25,822 nt of DNA from a virus. Lineage: Duplodnaviria > Caudoviricetes. A model generated the notes under the pieces. That model searched no databases and had not been told where the DNA came from. It worked only from the letters and a program-made list of their open reading frames with translations. Below, in pieces: positions 25,492 through 25,822 of this stretch; within the stretch, counting starts at the first letter, position 1; each line of letters begins with the position of its first letter. The DNA is taken from positions 1-25,822 of the IMG/VR virus record IMGVR_UViG_3300037043_000425, one strand, 5' to 3'. Made by a program: the position numbers and the translations under genes.

Positions 25492-25822
25492 GGGTGTCCT
25501 CCACTCCCAAAATTTCGATTTGGGTGACCTTCGTCCAATCGAGGCCACCGTCCGGTTTTAAGGGGATCGGGTTATTACACGGTCTGAACAAAAGACGGTA
25601 AGGATGGTTCAAATCTACCGAAAGTTGACCGGAACGGTTGCCCGTCAGTTCATGACAACGGGCCTGAGGGAGGGTTCTGATCTCATCCAGGATGGTGGCC
25701 GCTTTTAATTCGTCCAGCCTGCGTCTGATTAGCCTGGCTTGTTGAGGGCCATGGCTGATTTGTAACATCTTATAATCATTGCATTCCTTAGCAAACTTCC
25801 TGGTTTTAAATATAATGTCCAT
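25484..25822 (-). CDS. higB: HigB/RelE-family toxin (plasmid maintenance killer-like)
   Basis: MDIIFK..K..K.CN, RRLDELKAA, RCHELTGNRSGQLSVDL.HPYRLLF.P, EILGVEDTH. Toxin-first gene order with HigA. Confidence 0.9.
   Translation of the reverse strand: MDIIFKTRKFAKECNDYKMLQISHGPQQARLIRRRLDELKAATILDEIRTLPQARCHELTGNRSGQLSVDLNHPYRLLFRPCNNPIPLKPDGGLDWTKVTQIEILGVEDTHD

Noticed and set aside
1-25822. Stop-codon reassignment, tRNA or rRNA genes
   Set aside because: Genes are full length in the standard code using TAA, TGA and TAG; no cloverleaf or rRNA-like sequence seen.

Overview
Bases 1-22732 are the late operon of a siphovirus-type prophage, all on the + strand. In order: HK97-like portal fused to a gpF/gp7 head-morphogenesis domain (split by a 1-nt frameshift), prohead protease, major capsid, putative decoration protein, neck proteins, tail tube, tail assembly chaperone pair with a clear -1 frameshift signal, tape measure, a large tail-tip/fibre module, a divergent S-adenosylmethionine-decarboxylase-like gene, and a lysis cassette (amidase + GH23 endolysin, holin, i-/o-spanin, implying a diderm host). 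No tail sheath, integrase or terminase is visible. After ~22733-22808 gene orientation flips and the DNA becomes visibly more AT-rich. That side holds a CpsB/CapC phosphatase broken by a 5-bp duplication, an IS transposase remnant, a truncated csrA, and a HigB / HigA-metallopeptidase toxin-antitoxin pair. The most unusual elements are the pyruvoyl-decarboxylase-like gene next to the lysis genes, a fibre-adhesin-small subunit trio with five Cys repeats, three tail genes sharing a C-terminal Ig-like domain, and an unexplained repeat-containing insert before the tape measure. All calls come from reading motifs and gene order; no database search was run.
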